From: Mobula birostris
Taxonomy: Eukaryota
Length of the DNA: 64,000 nt
Reading direction: 5' to 3'
Assembly: GCF_030028105.1 (NCBI RefSeq)
Contig: NC_092370.1
Location: forward strand, 171,254,647-171,318,646
Shown: positions 50,900-62,515 of the stretch, piece by piece
Numbering within the stretch: position 1 is the stretch's first letter
How the letters are laid out: each line of letters opens with the position of its first letter
Notes under the pieces: model-generated
Databases searched by the model: none
The model's input: only the letters and a program-made list of their open reading frames with translations
What the model was told of the DNA's origin: nothing
Made by a program: the position numbers and the translations under genes

Positions 50900-52815
50900 C
50901 TTGCTTACTTACTTATTGCTGCTGGCATTTAGGGCAGCAATGAAGGTCCTCCATCTCTGTCTGTCCTTGGCCATTTTTCCTATTGCGCCCCAGGTATGGT
51001 TCGGGGTCCTCATTTCTACAACACCAAAATGACTTTGGTCTCCCATGTTTCCTCCGCCCTTCATGGGCCCACTAAAGTGCTATCTTGATGATGGAGGTGA
51101 CCCCTCTTCACATCATGTGCCCAATCCATCCCCAAATGTTTCCTCATGATGATTGTAGCTATGTCCTCTAGGTGACACTGAAGGAGTAGTGCATGCTTGA
51201 AGATCTTTCTTGGCCAGAAAATATGGAGGATCTTCTGGAGTTTCATGGTATGGAATGACGGTGGCTTGGTAAGGTTGCTTTGTCATGTGCTAGCATTCTG
51301 ACACATACAAGAGTGTGCACAGAGCACCTTGGTGTGGATGCTGTACTTGGTTGATCCCCATACATTGCTCATAGATCTGAAGACATTTCTAACTTTGCTG
51401 AATTTGCACTGGATGTTGTCCTTGGTCCCACTAGGTGAATCTGTTGGAGATGGGCAAGTCAGTGCCGTATGCCTTAATGGGAGGAGGAGACTCTACATTG
51501 AGGGTTGTGGTTTCAGTTAGGAGAGTGAGTCCAACCTGTCCAAAGGTATTCTCTTGCACATGCAAGTGTGTATGTGATAATAATGTGAGATCATCTGCAA
51601 AGTCAAGGTCTTCTAAAGTAGACAATAGAGTTCAACTAATGCCTGTCTGCTATCTTTCGTTGTTTGTCTCATAACCAGGTTAAACAATATTGCTGACATC
51701 CCACAGCTATGCCTGATACCTGACTTGACTTCAGAGCTCAGATTATAGTCCCCAGCTGTGCAGGTGAAATTAGCATAGAAACTCTGGATAAGTTGGAAGG
51801 GATCCCATATGATCTGAAAATTTGCCAAAGGGTCTCCATGTGGACGTTGAAGTCCACAAAATTCACACAGTTGTTTTTGCCAATCTGTACACTGTTCTAT
51901 GATGTTACGCAGCGTGAAAATCTGATTGACATAGCCTCTGTTCTTCCTGAAGCCAGCTTGGTCAATGACTTTGGCGAGAATCTTGCTGGGCACTGATAAA
52001 AGTGTGACACCATGGCAGTTGTTACAATCATTTAGCACTGCTTTCCTGAGGATCCTAACAGTAACTCCCTTTGTCCAGTTCTCGGGTACTTGTCCCCATT
52101 CCCAGATTACAGTAAACAGTGGCTGCAGGATTGCTGCTGCAACTTCTGTTTCAGCTTTGAACAGTCTGATGTTCAAATTGTCATGTTGTGGAGCTTTGCT
52201 GTTCTTTAATGATTTAATCACAGCAACAATCTCTTCTTTCATGGTGGATCTATATGCTGATGTTGAGGTCCTCTGCTGCCTCTCATCTGATAGTGGCCTA
52301 TTCAGTAATTCTCTGAAATACTCTGTCCCTCGTGCTTTTTGCTCTTTCTCAGTTGTCAAAAACAGACCATTCTTATCTCTCACGGGATAACTGGATCTGG
52401 CCTGGAACTTTCTGCATACCCATTCTGAAATCCCTGATCACCTTGACTGGCTGCTGCTTTGGCCTCCTCTGCAAGGTCTTTCATGTAGACTCTCTCATCC
52501 TTTTTTAAAAGCCTGTTCACCTTCTTGTTAGCTTCGGTGCATGCTGGTTGAAATTTCACCATAATTCATATTGACTTTGCATCTAACACTTGCTTCTTAA
52601 TTTTCCATCTTTCTTCTAAGGTTGTCCATGTTTCCTTTTGTATCCATTCTCTGTTCTTCTTTCCACCCCTATCCTAGACAAGCCTCACTGATCTCCTTGA
52701 AGACTGAGGCAATTTATATGGATCTTGTCTACCAACACATCCTCATCAAGATTGTGCACGACCTGAAACCTATACTGAAATCTTGTACTTATGACTTGTT
52801 AATTACACCTTGCTA
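50900..52815 (-). mobile_element. RTE-clade LINE, decayed
   Basis: GVTLLSVPSKILA, QAGFRKNRG..QIFTLRNIIEQ, LEDLDFADDL; (taag)n tail. Confidence 0.85.
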
Positions 52816-53764
52816 GAACATAGAACTGTACAACACAGGAACAGGCCCTTCAGATCATGAGATCTGTGCTGACCACAATGTCAAATTAAGCTAATCCTTC
52901 CTGTCTGTACATGGTCTATATCCCTCTAGTCCGTGTTCATGTGTCTATCTGAATGCTTATTAAATATTGTTACTGTACCTCTCTGTTGTTTCACCACCTC
53001 TCTTGGCCGCCCACCCAGTGTCTACAACTTCCTCTGCAAAATGAAAAATAGTCCCATAAATCTTTAAACACTTCTGCTCTCACCTCAAAGCTATATGTTA
53101 AAGTCAGGTAGGGTCAATCAGTTTCTCTTTAGGATATGAAGTAGGAATTTGATGCCCACCTAAGCTTCATCTGAAGCTTTTGGAGAAGGAACATATGTAC
53201 CATGGCCAGAATGTGTTCATTCCATATTGGAATGATCTGGTATTCACCCATTTCACAGGAAGTAGCTGAGATGCCAGATGAACTTAATTGGGCTGAAGCT
53301 CACTCCGTAGATTGTGTATTCCTTTTCTGATTTGTCCCTCCAGAAGATATACCCCTTGCCCTCCTCCTCATTGTGCTCCTTCAGCTGAAACATTTTATTT
53401 CCTGAGCTATGATAGCCAAACAGCATTCAGGTTGTGATTGCCCATGAAGTGCACCGGCATTCCAGCTCTGAAATCTGTATTGTGGTGTGGAAGTTGTCTG
53501 CATGTGAATTCTTTTAGCATGGTTAGCCACTGCATACCAGCTACCACATAGCTTCACAGAATTAGTTTCATAGAAGAACAAGGCAACTGGAGATTAGGCT
53601 CTGCCCGATGGTAATTAATACTGTGAGTAAAATTGTACTATTATACAAAAGGTATGATTAATGTGCTATGGTGTAGCTACAAAACGGATAACAATGACAC
53701 TGAAATCTTAATCTCCTCAGTAATTTTCAATTCCCTGGCTCTGAATGCCTCATTTTCACCCTGA

Positions 53765-55370
53765 ATGTTCACTTCTATACCCCATCAAGGAAGGTTCAAA
53801 GCTCTGTGCTTTCTTAACAAAAGAACCAAATAATTCCCCTCTACCAGCACCCTCCTCTGTCTAGCAGAACTAGTTCTCGGCCTCAACAATTTTTTCTTCA
53901 GCTCCTCCCACATTTTCTAGACTCGAGGTGTAGTCATGAGCACCTGCGTAGCTATGCCTGCATAGAACAGTCCACATTTGAAGACTTCTCTGGTCATACT
54001 CCCCAATTCTTCCTCCCCTACATTGTCAAACGCATTAGTGCTTCTCCATGCATCCATGCTGAGCTTGTCAATTTCATCAACTTTGCCTCTAACATCCACT
54101 CTGCCCTTAAATTCACTTGGTCCATTTCCTCCCTCCCCTTTCTCAGTCTCTGTGTTTTCATTGCTGGAGACAAACTGTCAACCGACATCTTTTATAAATC
54201 TACCGATTCCCATGGGTACCTTTACTACTTCATCTTCTGAAAAAACACCATCCCCCTTTCTCAGTTCCTTCGCCTCCACTGCACCTGTTCCCAGGATGCG
54301 GCTTTTCTTTCTAGGACAGATGTCCTCTTTCTTCAAAGGACGGGGTTTTCCTTCCTCTATTATTGATACTGCCCATATCTGCATCTCCTCCATTTCCCAA
54401 ACATCCCCGCTCACCCATCCTTCCCACTGCCTCAACAGTGATAGGGTTCCTCCTGTCCTTACCTATCACCCATGAGCCTCTGCATCCAGCACATCATCCT
54501 TTGAAACTTCTGTCATCGCCAAAGGGATCCCACCACTAAACATACCTCTACCCCCCCCCCCCCGGCTTTCTGCAGGGATCGCTCCCTCCGTAATCCCCTA
54601 GTCCATTTATCCCTCCCAACTAATCTCCCTCCTGGCACTTAGCCCTGCAAGTGACCCAAGTGCTACACCTACCCATTCACCTCCTCCCTTCCCTCACCTC
54701 CACTCAAGGCCCCAAACAGTCTCTCTAGATGATGTAACACTTCACCTGCAAATCTGCTGGGATTGTCTATTGTTTCTGGTGCTCCCACTGCGACCTCCTC
54801 TATACTGGCAAGGTCTGTCATAAATTGGGGGACTGTTTGTCAAGTGCCTCTGCTCCATCTGCCTAAAGCGGAACTTCCCGCTGGCCAAACATATTAATTC
54901 CGATTCCCATTCCGACACAATGGTGCACAGCCTCCTCTCTTGCCACGATGAAGCCATTCTCAGGGTGAGGAAGCAACACTTTATATTCTGTCTGGGTAAC
55001 CTGATGGCATGAACACTGATTTCACCTTTTGGTAGAAATTTCCCTCATCGTCCCCTCTTCTATTCACCCCCTCCTTCCACCTGCCCATCACTTCCCCCCC
55101 CAGCTCCCCTCCTCATTCCCTTTCTCCTATGGCCCACTCTCCTCTCCTATCAATTTCTTTCCTCTTCAGCCCTTTACCTTTCCTACCCATATGGCTTACC
55201 TACCACCTTCTAGCTCACCTCCTTTCCCCTCCCCCCACCTTTTTATTCTGGCATCTTCCCCCTTCCTTTTCAGTCCTGAAAGTGTCTCACCCCAAAACGT
55301 CAACTGCTTATTCATTCCCACAGATGCTGCCTGACCTGCTGTGCTCCTCCCATACCTTCTGTGCGTTGTA
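53765..55370 (+). mobile_element. Penelope-like element, decayed, with degenerate hammerhead at 55271-55306
   Basis: Collinear with 6652-8616; MSSFFKGRGFP, RVPPVLTYHP; shared tail. Confidence 0.8.
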
Positions 55371-55479
55371 CTGAAATCTACTGATTGCTTGGTTTCAATG
55401 GTCCATTTGAAACTAAAAGCTCATAAAAAGTTTTATTTACATTGTATAAGCATGTACTTTGAAACATGAAGTACATTTT

Positions 55480-55650
55480 GGGCAGCATGGTGGCATAGCA
55501 GTTAGCATTACGCTATTATAGTGCCATTGACCTGAGTTCAATTCAGCTGCTGTTTGTACTTTCTCTCGTGATCATGTGGATTTCCATGGGTGTTCCTGGG
55601 CATGTGTGTTCTCTGGGCCAGGAGGGCCTATTACCCTACTGTATCTCTAC
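55480..55650 (+). mobile_element. tRNA-derived SINE
   Basis: A-box tggcatagcagtt, B-box gagttcaattc, and a 3' end resembling a LINE tail. Confidence 0.55.
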
Positions 55651-55989
55651 ACAAATAATCAACATGAAGGAAAATTGTTAATGTAATACACTACTTTGAT
55701 AGCAGTTGAAACAAGCTTACGTGCAAAGCAATGCATTGACTAAGTGCTTGTGTCTTTTTTAATGAAGATTATTCGAGAAATATTACTGCCAAAGGCAGTC
55801 CGATGAAAATCTTCAAAATTGCAGCCGGTATTTAGTCAGGAACAACAGTCTATCCCTACAATTAAACTCCAGATCAGAATGTGGCAGGTTTTCAATGTAC
55901 TTACTCAAGCGTTCAATGCCTGATCATGTCAAAGGAGATTTTAACATTTAGTAACTTTTGGGTGGCTATTGAGATCATACCCATTCCCA

Positions 55990-56755
55990 CACTGTGTTAA
56001 TTGCAAGTACGGAGGAAGAACTACAAAACTTAATTGATATAGTTGTTGAAGAAAGTACAAAAATGGGTCTATCTATCAATCGCAAAAAGACAGGATGTAT
56101 GGTGATATCCAAAAAGAAGGAGAATCCTATCTGCAGCCTGAAAATAAATGGGGAAGACATAAAACAAGAACAGAACTTTTGCTACTTAGGAAGTTGGGTG
56201 ACATCAGATGGCAGGTGCGACATGGACATCAAAAGAAGAATAGGGATGGCTAAAGACACCTTTACGAGAATGAATACTGACCAACACTAAACTAGGCAAG
56301 ACAACCCGCCTCGGAGTACTGAAATGTTACATTTATCCAGTTATGTTATATGGATCAGAATGTTGGACAATATCTAGTAACATGAGGAAATGAATTGAAG
56401 CAGCAGAGATGTGGTTTTTGAGGAGGATGCAAAGAATATCATGGATGAAACGAATATCTAAAGAGGATGTCATGAACAGAGCAAGCACAAAAAAAGAAAT
56501 AATGTATGAGATCATGAAGAGGCAATGTAACTTTATTGGACATGTGATTAGGAGAGGAGTTAGAATGCACAGTAATTCTGGGAAAGATTGAAGGGAAGAA
56601 AGCAAAAGGAAGGCAAAGACAAATGATGATGGCGACAGCAGCCAGAGAACTGGAAATGAATACCAATGAATTGATCCACTTGACCCGAAACAGGAGTCAG
56701 TGGGCCATAGCAGTCAAAGCTCAATCCGGGCTTGGCACCTAATGACGATGACGAT
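55990..56755 (+). mobile_element. RTE LINE 3' portion
   Basis: LIASTEEELQNL, GLSINRKKT, FCYLGSWVT, LYGSECWT, EMWFLRRM; (gat)n tail. Confidence 0.88.
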
Positions 56756-58002
56756 AAGCATCAGGTTCTTGAATCAACCAGTGTAACCCAAATCGTACCT
56801 CAGCAATGGAACACTCTGGGCCACCTCTTGTACTTCACTTGACTTGTCACTGATAGTGATTTATTTTTGCAATAATGTCTTGGTTTGCACGATCTTTATT
56901 TTCTTTTTACTGTGCTATATAATTTATGTTTAACATGCATAATTTATCTGTTTGTTGTGTAAACCTATGTAATGCTGCTGTAAACAAGTTTTTCATTGTA
57001 CCTGTACCTCAGCACACTTGTGCACATGACAATAAACTTAACTTGAACAGCAAAAAGAGTCTGTCAAAGATTAACAAAAAGAACTAGAGTGTGACATAAA
57101 GTTTGCTAAAAATGTAAAAAGCAGATAAAAGTTTTTTTTCACATTTTTTAAAAGAAAAGTATTAGCAAAGTGAATTTTAGGCCATAGAAAGTGTGTCCGG
57201 GGATTTAATAATACAATATAGTAAAATGACAGATGAATTAAATAGGTAATTTTAGTTTGAGGATAAAGGGGAAGCCTTTTAGGACCGAGATTAGGAAAAA
57301 CTTCTTCACACAGAGAATGGTGAATCTGTGGAATTCTCTGCCACAGGAAACAGTTGAGGCCAGTTCATTGGCTATATTTAAGAGGGAGTTAGATATGGCC
57401 CTTGTGGCTAAAGGAATCAGGGGGTATGGAGGGAAGACTGGTACAAGGTTCTGAGTTGGATGATCAGCCATGATCATACTGAATGATGCCGCAGGCTCAA
57501 AGGGCCAAACTCCTGCACCTATTTTCTATGTTTAGTTGATACCACATTCCAGAAATAATGATAAATTGGGAGAAGAGGAAGAACTCAGGAAATTGTAATC
57601 ATCAGAGAGTCAATACTGAGTATTTTGAGCATACAGAGCTACAGGTTGTCAAGTTCCTAAGTCCTGATGAACATTATCATTAAATCTCAAAGAAAATTAT
57701 GATCTTCCAAAATTTCACACATTTGGGGAAATCTCCAATAGTTTTGAATATTGCAAAAAAATTCCTTTATTCAAAAAGTCAGCAAGTAGAAAAACATGGA
57801 CTATTTTTCTTTAACATGTATCAAACAAAAGCTATTACAGGCATTAGAGTAGCATGGGGCACTTCGAAAATAATTAGGTAAAGTCAAGATGGTTTTGAGA
57901 AAGAGAAATCATATTTGACCACTTTATTTTAGTTCTTTGGAGAAGTAATAAGTGCTTTAGATAAAGTAAACATTCGACATTTAGAAGGCATTGATAAACT
58001 AC
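56754..58002. repeat. Copy 2 of the inverted duplication (partner 337-1338), in ACOT-B intron 1
   Basis: Direct alignment by eye; extra CR1 3' insert at 57259-57530 is absent from copy 1. Confidence 0.9.
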
Positions 58003-58098
58003 ATGGCAGTCAAAGCTCAACCTGGGCACGGCACCTGATGATGATGATGACGACAATGACCCATTCCAACCTGAGTAAACCCAAAGCTTGTATCTTCC

Positions 58099-58234
58099 TG
58101 ACGAAGGGTCTCAGCCCGAAACATCGACTGTACCTCTTCCTATATATAGATACTGCCTGGCCTGCTGCGTTCACCAGCAACTTTTGTGTGTGTTGCTTGA
58201 AATTCCAGCATCTGCAGATTCCCTCGTGTTTGCC
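58099..58234 (+). mobile_element. Short PLE-derived hammerhead unit with 10 bp TSD
   Basis: TSD tgtatcttcc (58089-58098 and 58235-58244); (c)TGACGAagggtctcagcccGAAAcATCgactg plus tail. Confidence 0.85.
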
Positions 58235-58427
58235 TGTATCTTCCAAAGCTTTCTGCAGACTGAACTACTGGCTACAGCAACCTATCTAATACATTGTTAT
58301 TGTTTCAAATTGTGCAATATTACTTTAGAGAAAAACTTTTATAAAGCCAAAAATGTTCTACGTTTAGTGCAAGGTAAACACACACAATAAATTGGCTCAA
58401 TTACATACATACAAGTGCCATTCTTAC

Positions 58428-58965
58428 CAGGTGGGACGAAGAGTACCCCCCGGATCCTGCCCTTTCTCACTGGGATCCTGGTCACCCCTTTACTCATGAA
58501 CCAGCGCTCATTGACACAAGCGGCCAGTGGGAGCCCCTGGGGGTCGCCACTGTGCCCATCAAACACTTCGATGCGGACCCGCAGCGGCGAAGTGGCCACA
58601 TCTTTCTTCACCAGACGCTTTAACGGATTGGCTGGCGTGAGCGACCAGAAGAGGCCCATGGGCTCGGTGCCCGTGTAGTAGCCGTCCAGGGACGGCGAGC
58701 GGCTCAGGTCCAGCTCGCCCCGCTTATCCGCCTGGTAGAAAGCCACGGAGCTGAAAGTTTCGCCCTTCTCATCAGTGAGGGAGGCCTTCAGGGTGACCTG
58801 TTGCAGGGCCGACAGACCATTCACCCGTACCCGCACCGGCTCATCGAAGAGGCATTTGGCGCCCGGTTCCAGCCACGCACTCGCAGACATGCCGGCCCAG
58901 CGACATCGGCTGCAGCCAGGGATCCGCAGGAACCGCACAGCTAAACTCCCTGCTGCAACAAACAT
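58428..58965 (-). CDS. Acyl-CoA thioesterase gene B, exon 1 (in-frame ATGs at 58965 and 58890)
   Basis: MSASAWLEPGAKCLFDEPVRVRVNGL..GTEPMGLFWSL..RLVKKDV..PVRKGRIRGVLFVPPG; donor CCT G|gtaag; spliced product 444 aa (419 aa from ATG2). Confidence 0.93.
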
Positions 58966-58969
58966 CCTG

Positions 58970-59038
58970 CCGGAAGTCAATTAAAGGCCAGCGTACTGCG
59001 CATGACGGAACTGACAACGGCATTGCAGGTACTGTAGT
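58970..59038 (-). promoter_or_regulatory. Candidate ACOT-B CpG-island promoter with ETS/GABP, NRF1-like and ZNF143-like motifs
   Basis: CCGGAAGT 58970-58977; TGCGCATG 58997-59004; minus strand ACTACAgtacctgcAATGC 59020-59038. Confidence 0.5.
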
Positions 59039-60048
59039 ACTGCGGCCAAAGGTGGCAAAATCTGTCTCTGGGAAACCGGGGGCCCAAGTCCGGTGCATGG
59101 AAAACCATGAAATTTAAAAAAAACTCCTGAAACACTCAGCAACACACACAAAATGAGGGAGGAATTCAGCCCGAAATGTCGACAGTACTCTTTTCTTAAA
59201 TACTGCGGGCCTGCTCAGTTCCTCCACCATTTTGTGTGTGTTGCTTGGGTTTCCAGCATCTGCAGATTTTCTCTTGTTTGTGATTGAAACACGCGGCAAG
59301 TCAGGTAGCAACTGCGGAAGGTGGAAACAGAACCTGCGTTTCAGATTTTAAAAATCTTTCATCACAATAGTAAATGTCATTGCAAGGACATTTCTACCCA
59401 TCCTGCTGAAAGTTTTCTGCCTGAAACGTCAACTATTTATTCCTTTCCATAATTCCTCCATCATTTTGTGTATGTTACTCTGGGTTTCCAGTGTAGTGTA
59501 CAGATCTATTTCTGTTAGTGCAATGACTCCCCCCTTAGCATTAATTATTGACATAACTTATTCATGTGCATTGATCTATTGTTCTCTCTGCAAAGTGAAT
59601 ATACAAGTTAACTTCTCCAGGTGTGTGCCTTTATTTATTTGATTTGATGCACTTCTCGCTGTTGTAGTCGTCAGGGACACTGGAGGTCACCCTGCCTTCC
59701 CACGTCCCACAGGAGGAGCATTTCACTATCCTGCCTGGCATCTCTACTGTTCCTAGCTGAGCAAATATAAAGAAGAGATGGGAAAAAAGCTTGAGCTTTC
59801 TTCTCTTTACTTTTGTTGACTGAAGCCTCTCTTTGCTGAAACCTTGAAGAGCTAAAGCCAGAAGATTGATGAAGTTTTAAGGGTATTTGGGGATGTAAGA
59901 AATGATTCTTGAACTCTTGTACATAACGGGTTAAATTAAGTGCCAACTTATGTGTGCTCTGTTCTGAACAGGGTCCAATTACTGTTTGTCCTTCACTGTG
60001 GAATCTGTCTGCAACTTGTTTTAATTAACTCACAGATGTTCTCTTGAG

Positions 60049-60795
60049 CAGCGGTCCCCAACCACCAGGCCGCGAGGAAGTGATATGAGTCAGCTGCACC
60101 TTTCCTCATTCCTTGTCATTCACTGCTGGACTTGAACATATGGTTGCCAACTGTCCCGTATTTGCCAGGACATATCGTATATTGGGCTAAATTGGTTTGT
60201 CCCATACAGGACCGCCCTTGTCCCATATTTCCCCCGCTAAGGTAGAGTGTTCCTATGAAACCTTTCGTGCCGAAATGGCGTGAAGCAAAGAAGCAATTAC
60301 CATTAATTTATATGGGAAAATTTTTTGAGCGTTCCCAGACCCAAAAATAACCTACCAAATAACACATAAAGCCGAAAATAACACTAACATATAGTAAAAG
60401 CAGGAATGTTATGATAAATATACAGCTTATATAAAGTAGAAATAATGTATGTACAGTATAGTCGGGAAGATTAGGCCAAAACTGATCTGTGGGAAAAAAC
60501 CGGCATGTACGCGCACGCGCGTGTCTATGCGCACGTTACGCATGCGCACACAGGTGCCCGCGCAAGGCTTCATGGTCATGGTAGTCTTCTTTGGGGTAAA
60601 TACAAGTGTCCCAGGATTTGATTGCTAATTTTGTTCCTTATTTGGGAGTGAGAAAGTTGGCAACTCTAACAGTAAAAGTCATGTTGAGGTGAGTTTAACC
60701 CTACTTGAACATCCCACCCCCACAGGTTGGCTGGTCTGCAAGAATATTGTCAATATTAAACCGGTCCGCGGTGCCAAAAAGGATGGGGACCCCTG
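60049..60795. mobile_element. hAT MITE with a nested second element
   Basis: Perfect 8 bp TSD ctcttgag; TIR cagcggtcccca/tggggacccctg. Confidence 0.9.
60139..60703. mobile_element. Nested hAT element with TAGGGTTGCCA-type ends
   Basis: 8 bp TSD cttgaaca (60131-60138 and 60704-60711); left end tatggttgccaac; inner right TIR gttggcaactcta ends at 60668; outer end aacccta at 60703. Confidence 0.8.
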
Positions 60796-61642
60796 CTCTT
60801 GAGAACGAAATGGGGTCTGAATTCATACGGGTTACATACATCACTGATCTAAGTTCCCTCCTTTGTTTAGAGAAAACTCATTGATAAGGCAAGAACCTGT
60901 CTGTAATTAAAACCGTGATTTAGTAGACTCTCTTATCTAAGTAATTAAGTTTTGCTCTAACTGACTTGGCTGGAATATCTGTTGAACTGATTGCTCTTTG
61001 TATCGCTAGCTGTGTAAATTGTGTTTCTGAATGTTAGACAGAGGCCCGATACAAGCCCCCAGGGAGAGAAGGAATTCTGTCCCTCTAGGTGTTTTGGCTC
61101 TGGAGCCTTTCGCCGGCTGAGCTCGAACAAATAAACTGGTAAAAAGGAAAAAGTAAAGAATGACGTGGTGTGGTTATTGGTCCGGCGAATTTAAGTTTAC
61201 AAGATCACCACTCAGACAACAGGTACCACATGCCTTTGCCTTCCTTTAATTTGCTCTTACTAATCAATCCCAAATGTCAATTGGTTGCTGGTCAAAGCTC
61301 TTTTTTGCTCCTCTGACCCGCTGCTGCCTTTTATCCTTGGTCAATGGACCTGATTGAATTCCCTTCCCCTCCAAACATCCGATGGTCCAACTGGTCGCTG
61401 ATCAAAGCTCTTTTTCATAGGAGAATGAGCATCAAATCATTGTCAGCTGGTTCACTGAAGCAAAAAGGAGATGTAGCTTAAATCAATATCTGTTGAACAA
61501 AGATCCCATACCAACTGTTTGCATTCTGCAGCACTTCTCCCTGTCAATAAGGGTTCACAGGGAAACCCTGTAAAAGAAGGACCACATTGTAAGTCTTGGG
61601 TGCCACCACTCTGTGAAGGCAGGCATGCATGGTGAGATTGAA

Positions 61643-62515
61643 CTATTATTATTATTAAATTATTAATAAATGCAAAATTACAACAAAAAACATAGATATT
61701 CTTTAAAACAGACCGAAAGGGTGTAGGCTGAAGCTACAGCTTATTACGCCTACCCCTCTTACTTATACAAAACATATTTGGTGTCAATCATCACATCAAA
61801 AAAAAATTCATAATCTTTTAACACAAAATCCAATTCCAAGTATCATTTATTTACATTATTCCCATTCCTTTTAAATCATGTATTTTATATTTGTTCATTA
61901 AATTATTTTTAATTAATTTTTTAAACTTAAGTGTGGTGCATGCTTTTAAATTCTCACTACAACTGTTCAATAGATTCATCCCTCTGACTGAAATACAATG
62001 ATTTTTTACATTTTTCTGATGCTTTGGTTTTGAAATGTACATGTTCCTCTCAAATCATGTTGACTTTCTCTCATTTTAAACAACCTTTGGATACTTTGTT
62101 GTAGCTGTCCATTTTTAACTATGCATAATTTGTATTATTTTAAAATCTACAAAATCACTGAATTTTAATGTATTTAGTTGAATAAATAGTGGATTGGTTG
62201 GCTCATAATAACTTGTCTTATTTACAATTCATATGCCTTTCTTTTGGAGTAGAAAAATTGAGTTTGTAATTGTTTTGTGTGTATTTTCTCATACCTCTAC
62301 ACAGTAAGTCATGTATGGGACTATATGTGAACAGTATAGTGTATACAAAGATTCCTGATTTAAGAAATCTTGTGCTTTGTACAGTATTGCAATACATTTT
62401 GATATTTTTGCTTTGACATAATGTATATGTGGTTTCCAGTTTAATTTATTATCTATTACCACTCCTAAAAATTTTGTTTCAGATACCTTATCAATTTCAA
62501 CATCATTTATTCTAA
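61643..62515 (-). mobile_element. L2/Jockey-group LINE 3' fragment
   Basis: KFLGVVIDNKLNWKPHI..ISKCIAILYK..LYCSHIVPYMTYC; (taa)n tail. Confidence 0.75.

Noticed and set aside
55480-55550. tRNA gene
   Set aside because: Only A/B boxes; no convincing cloverleaf; continues into a SINE body
20167-58965. Identical 444 aa length of both ACOT genes as a sign of recent duplication or assembly artefact
   Set aside because: The proteins are clearly divergent, and exon 1 and exon 3 lengths differ in compensating ways (565/567 versus 538/594 bp)
60506-60562. Alternating purine-pyrimidine, NRF1-like tract (tacgcgcacgcgcgtg..acgcatgcgca)
   Set aside because: Lies inside the nested hAT element; no evidence for a host regulatory role
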